Source: an uncultured delta proteobacterium
GTDB lineage: Bacteria; Desulfobacterota; Desulfobacteria; Desulfobacterales; QNYZ01
Assembly: GCA_963845145.1 (NCBI GenBank)
Contig: CAWJQU010000005.1
Location: 394,256 to 458,255, forward strand
Length of the DNA stretch: 64,000 nucleotides
Direction: 5' to 3'
The notes below the pieces were generated by a model that searched no databases, was not told the DNA's origin, and was given only the letters and a program-made list of their open reading frames with translations. The position numbers and the translations under genes were made by a program. This document shows, one piece after another, positions 46,275-55,893 of this stretch. Position 1 is the stretch's first letter. Every line of letters begins with the position of its first letter.

Positions 46275-47627
46275 TCAATTCCCGCTGGATTCCAAACGAC
46301 GAAAGAAAAACAGCCAGGAAACAACCAGGCAGGTAGCACAAAAAACCAATAAAAAAAACGCCCAGGGCAGGACGACGCGGGCGCTCCCCTCACGAACAAA
46401 CAGATCCAAAAATCCATTGAGTCCCCAGGCCAAAGGCGACAAATGACTCAATGCCTGCATAAAGGTCGGCATGGCATAAACCGGCACCATGATGCCACCG
46501 ATGGCCGCGGCAATAACAATCGTGATTGGCCCCAGCATGGACACCTGCTCATAAGTGCTGCCCAATGTCCCCAATAAAACGCCATAACCGGCCGCGGCCA
46601 GAATCGAGCTGAATGCCATCAATAATATGCCGACCGGACTTGCGCCCATGTCCAAAACCGGTGTTCCCAAAATGGGCAGGACAAACCGGCCAATCAAACC
46701 AATTAACACCAATTGCGCCAGGCCCACCACCATATAAGCGGTCATTTTCCCCGCCAAAAGCGCCATCGGCGAGACCGGGAATGAAAGCAGGCGCCGATAG
46801 GTGCCGTTTTTGCGTTCCTTGATTAATGACCCGGCGATGGGCACGGCAATAAAAAAAATACCGAAAAGCGCCCAGGCCGGAACGTTTTGCTGAACCGAAG
46901 TGGGCCGCACGTGCAATCCGGATTCGGCCGGGTTGATTTCCGTGACCTCCAGGAGTCGGGTATCGCTCAATTTGAAATCAAAGGCCGGCAGTTCGTCGAT
47001 CAATCCCTCGCTTACCATGGCGCCCAATTGCGCCTCGATATGCTTTTCGAGATGATGGGGCAGTTGATCTGAAAGGGCTTTTAGCTGCGCTTTAATTTCG
47101 ATACCCAAAAGAACGGCGTTTAGCGCATTACCAATGGCCGACCGAACCCCGCCCATGACGGTGGGGTCAAAATAGATCTCAATCGGCGGCGAGGGGTTGG
47201 GTTCATTTTGATCAACCCGGTCACTTTCACTTTCCATCAGGCGCTTGATCGACTGGCCGGCCCGCCGTTGGAGGGAATCGGTCAGGCCTGCCGGAATAAT
47301 GATCCCCACCTGAAAATCGCCCCGAAGAACCAGCGATCGGACGCCGGTTGAATCCACAGGCTGCCCCACTTCGACCGTGGCCAGGGTTAATGCCCCGGTA
47401 TCACCCAGTTTATTTTTCACCTCTTTACCGACCATTTGCCGATCATGGTCGACATATAAAACAGAGATCTCGCTCTCACCGACCGTTTTTAGGACATTCT
47501 CCTGAACCAGCGTGATCACCAGCACCAGGGCCGCGGGCATCACAAACAAAACGAGAAGGCCGGATTTGTCGCGCCAAAGCAGTGTCAATTCATTGATGAT
47601 AACGGCAATTAATTTAAACATGGGCAT
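46275..47627 (-). CDS. ABC-2-type exporter permease with a large extracytoplasmic loop
   Basis: 450 aa. One N-terminal TMS, a loop of about 200 aa, then 5 C-terminal TMS. Abuts the ATPase gene. Confidence 0.75.
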   Translation of the reverse strand: MPMFKLIAVIINELTLLWRDKSGLLVLFVMPAALVLVITLVQENVLKTVGESEISVLYVDHDRQMVGKEVKNKLGDTGALTLATVEVGQPVDSTGVRSLVLRGDFQVGIIIPAGLTDSLQRRAGQSIKRLMESESDRVDQNEPNPSPPIEIYFDPTVMGGVRSAIGNALNAVLLGIEIKAQLKALSDQLPHHLEKHIEAQLGAMVSEGLIDELPAFDFKLSDTRLLEVTEINPAESGLHVRPTSVQQNVPAWALFGIFFIAVPIAGSLIKERKNGTYRRLLSFPVSPMALLAGKMTAYMVVGLAQLVLIGLIGRFVLPILGTPVLDMGASPVGILLMAFSSILAAAGYGVLLGTLGSTYEQVSMLGPITIVIAAAIGGIMVPVYAMPTFMQALSHLSPLAWGLNGFLDLFVREGSARVVLPWAFFLLVFCATCLVVSWLFFFRRLESSGN

Positions 47628-48452
47628 CTAGTCACGTAGCTGTTTACCCGTCAGTTTTAGGAACAATCCTTCCAGGTTATCACAGTCTGTGGTTTGCTTT
47701 ATCAGGTCGGCCGGTGCCCCCACGGCAATAACCCGACCCGCATCGATGATGGCAACCCTGTCACAGATGAGTTCGGCCTCCTCCATATAGTGGGTCGTAT
47801 AAAGCATGGTCGTCTTTTTTTGCTTTAATACCTGTAACTGCTCCATGATTAAATTGCGCGACTGCGCATCGATTCCCACGGTGGGTTCATCCAGAAAGAG
47901 AAGGCGCGGTTGGTGCAATATACCCACGGCCAGATTTAACCGCCTTTTCATGCCACCGGAGAAGGTATGCACCAGTTGCGTCACCTGATCCGATAAGCCT
48001 ACCATCCGCAATGCCCGATCCATTCTTTTTTGCAGCACCCCTCCCCGCAGTGCATGCAACCGGCCGAAATAGATCAGATTCTCCCGGGCTGTGAGTGGTT
48101 CATACAAGGCGATATCCTGGGGAACCAGCCCAATGATTTTTCTTACGCGCCGGGCGGATTCAAATGCATCGATGGAATCAATGACAACGCTCCCGCGGGA
48201 TGGCGATAGAATCGTGCTCAAAATCGAAATGCACGTTGTTTTCCCGGCGCCGTTGGGGCCCAGCAAACCGAAAATTTCACCTTCATAAATCGTGATGTCG
48301 ACATCGGTGAGCGCCGCCACGCGGCTATCGGCGTAGGTTTTACACAAACCTTTGGCGATCAGGAGCGGCGTATGGGCCCCAGCATCAAAATTGGCATCAA
48401 AATCGGTATCAGAAGATGTCGTTGCGTTGACGATTGGTGGTCCGGAAGACAT
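47628..48452 (-). CDS. ABC transporter ATP-binding protein
   Basis: GLLGPNGAGKTT (Walker A), FSGGMKRRL (signature), LLFLDEPT (Walker B). Confidence 0.9.
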   Translation of the reverse strand: MSSGPPIVNATTSSDTDFDANFDAGAHTPLLIAKGLCKTYADSRVAALTDVDITIYEGEIFGLLGPNGAGKTTCISILSTILSPSRGSVVIDSIDAFESARRVRKIIGLVPQDIALYEPLTARENLIYFGRLHALRGGVLQKRMDRALRMVGLSDQVTQLVHTFSGGMKRRLNLAVGILHQPRLLFLDEPTVGIDAQSRNLIMEQLQVLKQKKTTMLYTTHYMEEAELICDRVAIIDAGRVIAVGAPADLIKQTTDCDNLEGLFLKLTGKQLRD

Positions 48453-48462
48453 GAGGCTCCCT

Positions 48463-49572
48463 TTATTCGGGATGAAGAATCATCCAACCGTAGGCCTTCC
48501 CGGCCCCAAGCTTCAAACAGCCGATCGGCACCGGTGCTGCTAATAACGGGCCGGACTCAATTTCAGAATGCGCTTCGGGCCGGATTAAGGATAACCCGTT
48601 TATTCGATGCGTATCAATAGCCGCTGAACCAAATATTTTTCCGGTTTTATGACTTAAAGCAGCGATGGCGACTTCAAAACCGATACCAATGGGCACACCG
48701 CCAAAGATATGGCTATGAATGGATACCTTTGCATCCGGCGGCAGATAATCGACATACATTGGATCACACTCACTATAGCTGTCCGTGCCGAGAAAGAAAA
48801 CGGCTTCTGCGGGAAGCGCCACATTCAATGCCGGCCCATGGCCCAATCGAACCGTCTTAAGAACACCGTAGGGGGTCGCCGGTTTTTCCTCGCGACTCAA
48901 TACAAAAAAGCAAGCCCCTTCGCCAATGACATCGGTTTCCGCGGCGGGTTGATTTTTTTCATTCTGCTGCCGGCAATGCCAATAATAACCGAGGACTTTG
49001 CAGTACTCATCCACACCACCCACCAGAACGGTATCCACCCGATCTTCTTCCAACCACTGAACCGCCGTGGCAAAGGCAGAAGGGATCGACATATCGTAAT
49101 GGCTCAGGGACAGATTGGGGCCCATTTTTTTAAGCGAAATGGAAAGATGCGACGCGGCGGCGTTATGGACCGAATTGGCAAAGACCGTGGGGGAGCCACA
49201 CGGATCCGAAGCGTTGATTACCGAGTGCTGAAAGTCAAAGGTATTGCAGGTGGCACCATAACCGGTGGCCACGATTATCCCCGTTCTCCCGCTGTCGGAC
49301 GTCTGAAAACCGGCATCTTCAAGGGCCGCATGGGCTGCCAGAAGGGCCATACGAATATAGTGCCCGGTCCGTCGAAGCTCCCGTTTGGGGACAAAATCTT
49401 CCAGATGGGTCGTCTCGGCCAATAGGGCCGGTACTTCGATGGGGCCGTTGGAAGTTTCCAGGGTGATGGCCTGAGGTGTCGGTGGGCAGTGGCACAAGGC
49501 GTTTTCCAGATCGGTCAAGCCATAGCCGAATCCCCCCACAACGCCGATACCCTTTATGGATACATTCATCAT
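48463..49572 (-). CDS. KS-N-like partner protein (no canonical nucleophile context), chain-length-factor-like
   Basis: 369 aa. PKRELRRTGHYIRMALLAAHAAL, SPTVFANSVHNAAASHLSI. Lacks the His-His motifs. Start overlaps the stop of the KS gene (49569..49572). Confidence 0.65.
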   Translation of the reverse strand: MMNVSIKGIGVVGGFGYGLTDLENALCHCPPTPQAITLETSNGPIEVPALLAETTHLEDFVPKRELRRTGHYIRMALLAAHAALEDAGFQTSDSGRTGIIVATGYGATCNTFDFQHSVINASDPCGSPTVFANSVHNAAASHLSISLKKMGPNLSLSHYDMSIPSAFATAVQWLEEDRVDTVLVGGVDEYCKVLGYYWHCRQQNEKNQPAAETDVIGEGACFFVLSREEKPATPYGVLKTVRLGHGPALNVALPAEAVFFLGTDSYSECDPMYVDYLPPDAKVSIHSHIFGGVPIGIGFEVAIAALSHKTGKIFGSAAIDTHRINGLSLIRPEAHSEIESGPLLAAPVPIGCLKLGAGKAYGWMILHPE

Positions 49573-50771
49573 AGCGATGGACGGGTCCCCAGTATTAAAG
49601 CGGCGTTGTTGCCACCGAATGCCAGCGTTTGAGAAATGGCAATATCCCCGCCGATAGCTGTATTTTCAGACACCGGTTGGGCGGGCAACTGGGTGTCAGG
49701 GGTATCATAACCGATGCTGGCCGGTAACATCCCTTTTTCCAGGCATCCCAGTGAAAAAGCGGCTTCGATGGCACCCGAAGCCCCCAGAGTGTGCCCGGTA
49801 ACACCCTTTGTCGATAAAAACGGAACGCCGGGGAGCAGGCTGTTTAAAACCGTGCTTTCGATTAAATCGTTGTCCATGGTACCCGTGCCGTGGGCATTGA
49901 TAAACGCCACGTTCGTCCGGTCGACGCCGGCAGTTGCCATCGCTTCATCCAATGCGGCTTTCAAACCCAGGCCGTCCGGTCTTGGCTTGGTGAAATGATA
50001 CGCATCGGCCGCCGAACCGTAACCCAGAATATATCCCCTGGGCGCCTTTTTATGCTGTTTCATCAATGCGTTGGACATCAAAACGAAAATGGCGGCCCCC
50101 TCACCGAGGTTGAGTCCCCGCCGATTTGCATCAAAGGGTTTACACGGCGTCGTATCGTAAATCATCAGTGCTTTGAATCCGGCACAGGTCACCTGGTAAA
50201 GTTCGTCAGCGCCGCCGCAGATGGCGATATCGCATTCTCCCGAACGAATCCATCCTGCGGCCAGGCCCAATGCATCGCACCCCGCGGAGCAGGCGTTAAC
50301 CACAGTCTGGCTCGGCCCCGTGGTACCGTATTCCGCCACAATGCCGATCGTCGGGTTGCTGGTTATAAATCGCTGAATGGGCGGTAAGTATGGATCGCAG
50401 CCTTCGGTATTGTCCCGATAAAAAGCCTCGTTATTCATGGAGCTGCCCACGTTGGTGCCGATGCAGACGCCTACACGAAGGCGGCTTAGCTGATCGGTTG
50501 CAAACTCGGCATCACCCAGGGCCTGATGCGTGGCCGTCAATGCCAGTTGGCAGGTTCGCATGAGATGCTGTCGTTTAAAGGCTCCGGATGGAAAAAAATC
50601 ATCGGTAATCTCAAACACCGGAAACCCGTAGTGCGCGTCAGCCCCAAACCGCTGCGGTGGTGCCGGGGCGCGCTTTCCTTCATAGAGCGATTGAAGGGAG
50701 TGCTCCAGATTCAGGCCGGCAGCGGACAGACAACCTATACCCGCAATGGCCACCGGTGCGACCACTTTCAT
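49569..50771 (-). CDS. Beta-ketoacyl-ACP synthase (Cys-His-His)
   Basis: VVNACSAGCDALG, INAHGTGTMDND, TGHTLGASG. Confidence 0.9.
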   Translation of the reverse strand: MKVVAPVAIAGIGCLSAAGLNLEHSLQSLYEGKRAPAPPQRFGADAHYGFPVFEITDDFFPSGAFKRQHLMRTCQLALTATHQALGDAEFATDQLSRLRVGVCIGTNVGSSMNNEAFYRDNTEGCDPYLPPIQRFITSNPTIGIVAEYGTTGPSQTVVNACSAGCDALGLAAGWIRSGECDIAICGGADELYQVTCAGFKALMIYDTTPCKPFDANRRGLNLGEGAAIFVLMSNALMKQHKKAPRGYILGYGSAADAYHFTKPRPDGLGLKAALDEAMATAGVDRTNVAFINAHGTGTMDNDLIESTVLNSLLPGVPFLSTKGVTGHTLGASGAIEAAFSLGCLEKGMLPASIGYDTPDTQLPAQPVSENTAIGGDIAISQTLAFGGNNAALILGTRPSL

Positions 50772-51034
50772 GGTTTCCGCCGCGCTTCGATAAATGACGC
50801 CAGCGTGTTAATCGATTCCAATGCGGGGCGCCCCTCTTTCATATCCTTGATTTTAACGTCGAATTGTTTTTCAAGCTGAAACACCACTTCCACGGCGTCA
50901 ATGGAATCCAAACCGAACTGGTCTCCAAATAAAAGATCGTCATCACCGATATCCGCCGGCGTCAGATCTTCCAGGTGCAGTTCATCAATGATCATTCGCT
51001 TCAATTGTTCTTTTAACACTTTCATCCGCTGCAA
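50768..51034 (-). CDS. Acyl carrier protein
   Basis: FGLDSIDAVEVV motif. 88 aa. Stop overlaps the KS start. Confidence 0.85.
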   Translation of the reverse strand: MQRMKVLKEQLKRMIIDELHLEDLTPADIGDDDLLFGDQFGLDSIDAVEVVFQLEKQFDVKIKDMKEGRPALESINTLASFIEARRKP

Positions 51035-51215
51035 CCGCCGCTTTCCATCGTTTTATCCAGACGAGCCAGTTTCAAAACGTCCCATTTTGTCCAATCTCTG
51101 CGTCAGGCTCAAATTTTAATCCTCGAAATACCCAATGTATTCCTGTGGTTAAAATTTTCGCCTTCCTTGACCTTGAACAAACTGAAACGTTTTGAAATTG
51201 GCTCAGGACGAATAG

Positions 51216-52217
51216 TCAGTGAGCCGCCTTCAACAATTGTTTGTAAATATCTTTTTCACGCCGGGCGCACACACGCAACATGTCGGCCATGGCTTGAAAC
51301 GTATCGGTGGCCGAGGCTCGATTTTTACAGTTACGCGCGCCGATGACGGCAAATTCCCGCCACTGATCACCGATAGCGGTCATTTCGCTGGACAGTTCCT
51401 TCAGACGGGGCCTCTCCAATAGGTCGGCCGCTTCCTGAAGGAAGGCCGCATACATGAAACGAAATCCGCCGCCGCCGGTACCGATCTCTTCCTGCATGCG
51501 AACAATTTGGCCCAGATACAGAATCGACCGACGCTTGCCGAGTTTGACCGGCCATTTTTCGATCTGGTTAGCCAGATACCGGATACCACTCACACCGATC
51601 AAAGGGCCCGGCGTATGTAACATTCGATGGCAGACCTGCTTGATGCCTTTTTTAATGGCCGGCTTAAAATCAACGGCTTCGGGAATCTGCGTCAGGTAAT
51701 ACATGGTTCCCTTGGGGGCCAAAGCGCCTTTGGAGAAACGTGCCTTGATCAGGTCATTTTTCGGACATCTAACCGTTTCAGGAAAGACCGGGTCACTAAT
51801 GAGATAATCGTTACCCTCTTTTCCGATGACCACCAGATTGTGCATATTGAAATGAAACCGAAAGGCCGCTGGAAAGTAAGGCAGCCAGTATCCCCCGGTG
51901 CGACAGGCGACAGGAACGCCCTCTTTGATTTTATCGTCCAACGCTTGCATGGCGGCATCCGGATGGCGAAATTTTTGCCAGTGATACCCCACGCCCAGTT
52001 TACGTGTCGCCTTCTTGAATATACCGCCCAATTCGCTTCGATAGGTGGCCAGGGGCAAATTGTTGACTTTTATGAAAGGAATATATCCAAAAAAAAGGCC
52101 CGCCCCAATACCGAAAGCCATGGCTTCGCTGATGTCAATACCGTTATGCTGCAATAGGTTGGCGGAAACACCGCTTTCACAATGCGCCGATTGTCGGTGA
52201 ACAAAATCAATTTTCAT
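51216..52217 (-). CDS. BtrH-N-like / DUF4872 protein (papain-fold, ACP-dependent acyltransferase-like)
   Basis: HRQSAHCESGVSANLLQHNGI at the N-terminus matches the BtrH_N Cys context. The length and C-terminal half fit DUF4872. Confidence 0.55.
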   Translation of the reverse strand: MKIDFVHRQSAHCESGVSANLLQHNGIDISEAMAFGIGAGLFFGYIPFIKVNNLPLATYRSELGGIFKKATRKLGVGYHWQKFRHPDAAMQALDDKIKEGVPVACRTGGYWLPYFPAAFRFHFNMHNLVVIGKEGNDYLISDPVFPETVRCPKNDLIKARFSKGALAPKGTMYYLTQIPEAVDFKPAIKKGIKQVCHRMLHTPGPLIGVSGIRYLANQIEKWPVKLGKRRSILYLGQIVRMQEEIGTGGGGFRFMYAAFLQEAADLLERPRLKELSSEMTAIGDQWREFAVIGARNCKNRASATDTFQAMADMLRVCARREKDIYKQLLKAAH

Positions 52218-52225
52218 TTAAGTTA

Positions 52226-52660
52226 TCAATCATTTTGGCTTTCCGGTTCATCCGGCATTGATTGTCGCGGAACCCTCCCCACCTGATCAACGGACAGTCC
52301 CAGAATATCTGCATACTGTTTGCGTATAGCCGGCTTGAGTTTATTAAATACGGCCGGTTTCAAGTGACGCCGAACCCGCCAGCGACTCATTCCCATATAT
52401 TTGGCCAGAAGGCCGACGTTCATTTGATTGTTGACCATGTGAAAAGCCAACGGGCTCAACCGGCCTTGATCAATCTTTTTTAAGACATCATGCACTTGCC
52501 CATGAATAATTTCCCATGCTTGATCATTGGTTATATTTTTTGGTTCCCAACCGATACTGGGGGTCAGTTGATAGCGGCCTTTTTTATCCACTGCATAACA
52601 GACTTCATAAACCTCATCACCCATCATGCCGCGATCCTGGGGAACGTCTTCAACTTTCAT
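52226..52660 (-). CDS. Small protein with a C-terminal XRE-like helix-turn-helix; possible cluster regulator
   Basis: NVGLLAKYMGMSRWRVRRHLKP...LKPAIRKQYADILGLSVDQ resembles an HTH_XRE layout. The N-terminal half is unknown. Confidence 0.35.
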   Translation of the reverse strand: MKVEDVPQDRGMMGDEVYEVCYAVDKKGRYQLTPSIGWEPKNITNDQAWEIIHGQVHDVLKKIDQGRLSPLAFHMVNNQMNVGLLAKYMGMSRWRVRRHLKPAVFNKLKPAIRKQYADILGLSVDQVGRVPRQSMPDEPESQND

Positions 52661-52820
52661 GGCTATTCGTCCCTTTTTAACGTTTCCTTAAACCATCGCC
52701 CAAAACCCTGAAAACGGCGCACAAGGCCGTTTATTAAAAAGTTCAACACGTTTTTTGGGTAATTATTAAAAATACATGAATCATTTTTAAAAGGCAATAA
52801 ACGTTATGAACCAAAACAGT

Positions 52821-53477
52821 CTATCGAATGCGGGTGGCTTTAACCAGGGTCATTTTCAGGCGGTATGCGCGCATTCCGTGGGAAGTCAACTCTAACACAG
52901 GCGGCAATGACGCGGCCGACCGCTCGAAAGGCAGGGATCGAACCCGTCGGCTGAGTCGGTGGTGCCGATCATAAAGACGCAGCTCCCACGATCCGGCGGT
53001 GTTGATGACCGTATCGATCATTCGGCCGCCCTCATCTTCGTGCCGACAGACCATCGCACCGGTTTGCAACCGACCCACACCGGTCCGTTTGCCCTGAGGC
53101 CGGAAAAAAATCAGACGTATGTCGTCCACCAGGCCCCGGGCGAATTCATGCGAATCAAACGGCGAAATACCCCGATGAACCACCAGCTCACGGTCATATT
53201 CGGCCTCGAACAAAACCAGTCCTTCCACCGTCATGATGGCAATGTGCACCTTCTTCGATTGAGGAAAGATATCGGTTATGCCCATCAGGACGCTTTTTTT
53301 TCCACCGCTAAACTGTGCCTCCACTTTATGGAGTAATTGCCAATTCCCGACTGGAAAGGGTGTCTCGCACGTGGCAGAAGATGCACCTGAAGCATCGACC
53401 AAGGGGTGGATAGCCGGCAAGCGGGCGCAGGCCGTCAGGACCCAAAGCGCAATCATTAAAAGCAGAAATCGTTTCAT
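52821..53477 (-). CDS. DUF3261-like lipoprotein (ApeN-like)
   Basis: ALWVLTACARL lipobox. Size and position next to the LolA-like gene match aryl-polyene-type clusters. Overlaps the LolA-like stop. Confidence 0.5.
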   Translation of the reverse strand: MKRFLLLMIALWVLTACARLPAIHPLVDASGASSATCETPFPVGNWQLLHKVEAQFSGGKKSVLMGITDIFPQSKKVHIAIMTVEGLVLFEAEYDRELVVHRGISPFDSHEFARGLVDDIRLIFFRPQGKRTGVGRLQTGAMVCRHEDEGGRMIDTVINTAGSWELRLYDRHHRLSRRVRSLPFERSAASLPPVLELTSHGMRAYRLKMTLVKATRIR

Positions 53478-54121
53478 TGGATTTTGTAAAAAACAGACGG
53501 GGCGATCAATTCGTTGACGATGGGATCAATGAAAACGAGTTTTGTAAATGAATCACTGTTTTCGTAGATCATCACCGCTTCCATGACACCGGGTTTTGAA
53601 GATAGCAGCAATTCCACCCGCTCAATCATTCCGGCGACAGCCGCTTCTTTGGGGCTGAGTACAATCCGACGGCCCGATTCCCCGGAGCCCGGCTCAAGCG
53701 TGGCCGCAAAAAGCGGGTGATCATCAAATCGGCCGCCAAACCATTGGATAATCTGCTCCATGACCACCTGCATGCCCTGAAGGTCGGCACCGGCATCCTT
53801 GATCCATTCCCCATCGGACTTGACAAAGCGTTGGGTTTTTTCCGCATCCACCATCAATATATTTTCAATGGGGCTGTGGTATTCCCAGCGTAGCGAACCT
53901 GGTGCCGCGTAAATCAAGTGCCCGGTAGAAATCAATGGCTGAACAAGCATCTTCATGTGCTTCTCCTGCCTGAAATCCGACTGAATCGATTGAATTTTCG
54001 TAGCGGCCGTACGAATACCCTCCCAGGTGTCCCCCCAGCCAAAACAGGGCGGTACCCAAAAAAGAGATAACCACATCATCATCCCTATGACCCATTTTCT
54101 CATTTCCAACCAAGGTGTCAT
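53474..54121 (-). CDS. LolA-like outer-membrane lipoprotein-carrier family protein
   Basis: Signal-like N-terminus. FRQEKHMKMLVQPLISTGHLIYAAPGSLRWEYHSP is the LolA-family core. Confidence 0.7.
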   Translation of the reverse strand: MTPWLEMRKWVIGMMMWLSLFWVPPCFGWGDTWEGIRTAATKIQSIQSDFRQEKHMKMLVQPLISTGHLIYAAPGSLRWEYHSPIENILMVDAEKTQRFVKSDGEWIKDAGADLQGMQVVMEQIIQWFGGRFDDHPLFAATLEPGSGESGRRIVLSPKEAAVAGMIERVELLLSSKPGVMEAVMIYENSDSFTKLVFIDPIVNELIAPSVFYKIQ

Positions 54122-54180
54122 TTTAAATGAATTCCAAAAAGTTTAAACACCAAAAAATTTAAACAATGGTTTTGTCAAAA

Positions 54181-54915
54181 TTAAAACATACCGCCGTTTA
54201 CCGACAACACCTGCCCGGTAATATAAGAGGAGGCATCCGAACAGAAAAAACGCACCGCCTGGGCCACTTCCGCGGGCTGGCCGATACGGGCCATGGGAAT
54301 CATGGACTTGATATTTTTTAGAGGCAAGTCGCCGATCATGTCGGTGGCGATCAGACCCGGGGCCACCACATTGACACGAACGCCCAAACGGGCCACCTCG
54401 GCCGCCAGGCTCCGGCTGGCTGAGATCAGGCCCCCCTTGGCGGCGGAATAGTTGGCTTGGCCCCGGTTGCCCACCAAAGCGGAGGCTGAGGCAATGGAGA
54501 CGATGGCACCCCTTTTGTTTTTAAGCATTTTTTCCACCACGGGACGCGTGACATTGAAAAACCCGTGCAATCCGGTATCGATTACCGAGTGCCAATCCTC
54601 CCGGGGCATCATGACGAAAAGCCCGTCCGCAATTATACCGGCATTGTTCACCAGCACATCGATTTGCGGATATCGGTCCAAAAGGTCGTCCATGGCCGCC
54701 TGAACGGCCACGTGATCGGACACGTCAAAACCCGCAATCTCACCATCGCTTCCCTCAGCCCGCACCTGGGTAAGGGTTTCATTCGCGCCGGGTTCATCGG
54801 ACCGAAAATTTATGATCAGAAAATAGCCGGCACGCGCCAGCTCCAGACAAACAGCCCGGCCAATCCCTTTGCTGGCGCCGGTAACAATGGCCGTTTTTTT
54901 AGGGGCTTGGGTCAT
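54181..54915 (-). CDS. SDR 3-oxoacyl-ACP reductase (FabG family)
   Basis: [18 protein letters not shown] catalytic tetrad context. 244 aa. Confidence 0.9.
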   Translation of the reverse strand: MTQAPKKTAIVTGASKGIGRAVCLELARAGYFLIINFRSDEPGANETLTQVRAEGSDGEIAGFDVSDHVAVQAAMDDLLDRYPQIDVLVNNAGIIADGLFVMMPREDWHSVIDTGLHGFFNVTRPVVEKMLKNKRGAIVSIASASALVGNRGQANYSAAKGGLISASRSLAAEVARLGVRVNVVAPGLIATDMIGDLPLKNIKSMIPMARIGQPAEVAQAVRFFCSDASSYITGQVLSVNGGMF

Positions 54916-54954
54916 GGTTTACCTTTTTTACCTTATTTTAAGTGGGTTACCTTT

Positions 54955-55428
54955 TTAAGAAGATTCAGATCTCAATAGTTGAAGGATGATCTCCGCAATC
55001 ACCCCCCCGTTCATTTCAACGGTGCCGTGGACTTCGCGAAACCCTTCGAATTCAAAGCGGTTTTTCGAACTTGTGATCAAGCGGGTGCCTAGGGCAACCC
55101 CCTGGGTAGGCAGGTCAGCCTGCTTGATGCCGACAATCCACCCTTTTTTGTCCACATCGGGCCCTTCTTCTTTTTCCCGCTTCCATCCATTGTGGATACC
55201 GGCGGTCTGGGCCACCAGTTCGATAAGCACAAGGGGGTCGACCCGGTCGCTATGACAGAGCGGCCAGGACTTATCCGCAACAGCGCCCGTAACGGCCTGG
55301 TGTTCATCCACACAAACAATGTCGGTCACCAGAAGCATGGGTTCCCGGTGCGGTAACAGGTCTTTAATGTCGTGATCAGCCGGTGTCATCACCTTAATCC
55401 GTTTTGCATCATGTGATCGCATGGGCAC
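54955..55428 (-). CDS. Hot-dog-fold dehydratase (FabZ/ApeP-like)
   Basis: LLPHREPMLLVTDI...AQTAG... layout of the 3-hydroxyacyl-ACP dehydratase-like proteins in APE-type clusters. Confidence 0.6.
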   Translation of the reverse strand: MPMRSHDAKRIKVMTPADHDIKDLLPHREPMLLVTDIVCVDEHQAVTGAVADKSWPLCHSDRVDPLVLIELVAQTAGIHNGWKREKEEGPDVDKKGWIVGIKQADLPTQGVALGTRLITSSKNRFEFEGFREVHGTVEMNGGVIAEIILQLLRSESS

Positions 55429-55626
55429 ACCCAGTCAAAGTTCAAGAAAACAATTGAAAAGAAACCCCGAAACAAGTAAACTGGGTAATTTTTTTATCTA
55501 CAATCATCATGCATTAAACTAAAAATACATAATAACGACCCTGAAGTAAAGATTACGCTGGATATTGCAAATCCACAGCAGCTAACTACCTTACGAGTGG
55601 CTACGAATCAAACGGGATAAATATAA
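55429..55626. promoter_or_regulatory. AT-rich divergent intergenic region between the minus-strand (DH...ABC) and plus-strand (ACP...KS) operons
   Basis: 198 bp, no ORF. It separates two gene runs transcribed outward. No specific promoter boxes are asserted. Confidence 0.35.
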
Positions 55627-55893
55627 ATGGAACAACTGGTTGAAAAATTAAGAATAAAAATTGTCGATATTTTAGATTTGGTGGATGTTCGACCGGAAGA
55701 TATCGATCCTGACGGCCCTTTGGTGGGCGGCGATCTTGAAATTGATTCTATCGATGTCCTGGAATTGGTTATGATGATCGAAAAAGATTACGGAATTCGC
55801 ATCGATAACCGCGACCTTGGGGCCGAAGTATTTTCCAGCCTGCGATCGCTAGCTGCGTATATCCATAAAAATACAGCGGAAATGCCGGGATGA
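55627..55893 (+). CDS. Acyl carrier protein
   Basis: LEIDSIDVLELV motif. 88 aa. Stop overlaps the KS start. Confidence 0.85.
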   Translation: MEQLVEKLRIKIVDILDLVDVRPEDIDPDGPLVGGDLEIDSIDVLELVMMIEKDYGIRIDNRDLGAEVFSSLRSLAAYIHKNTAEMPG

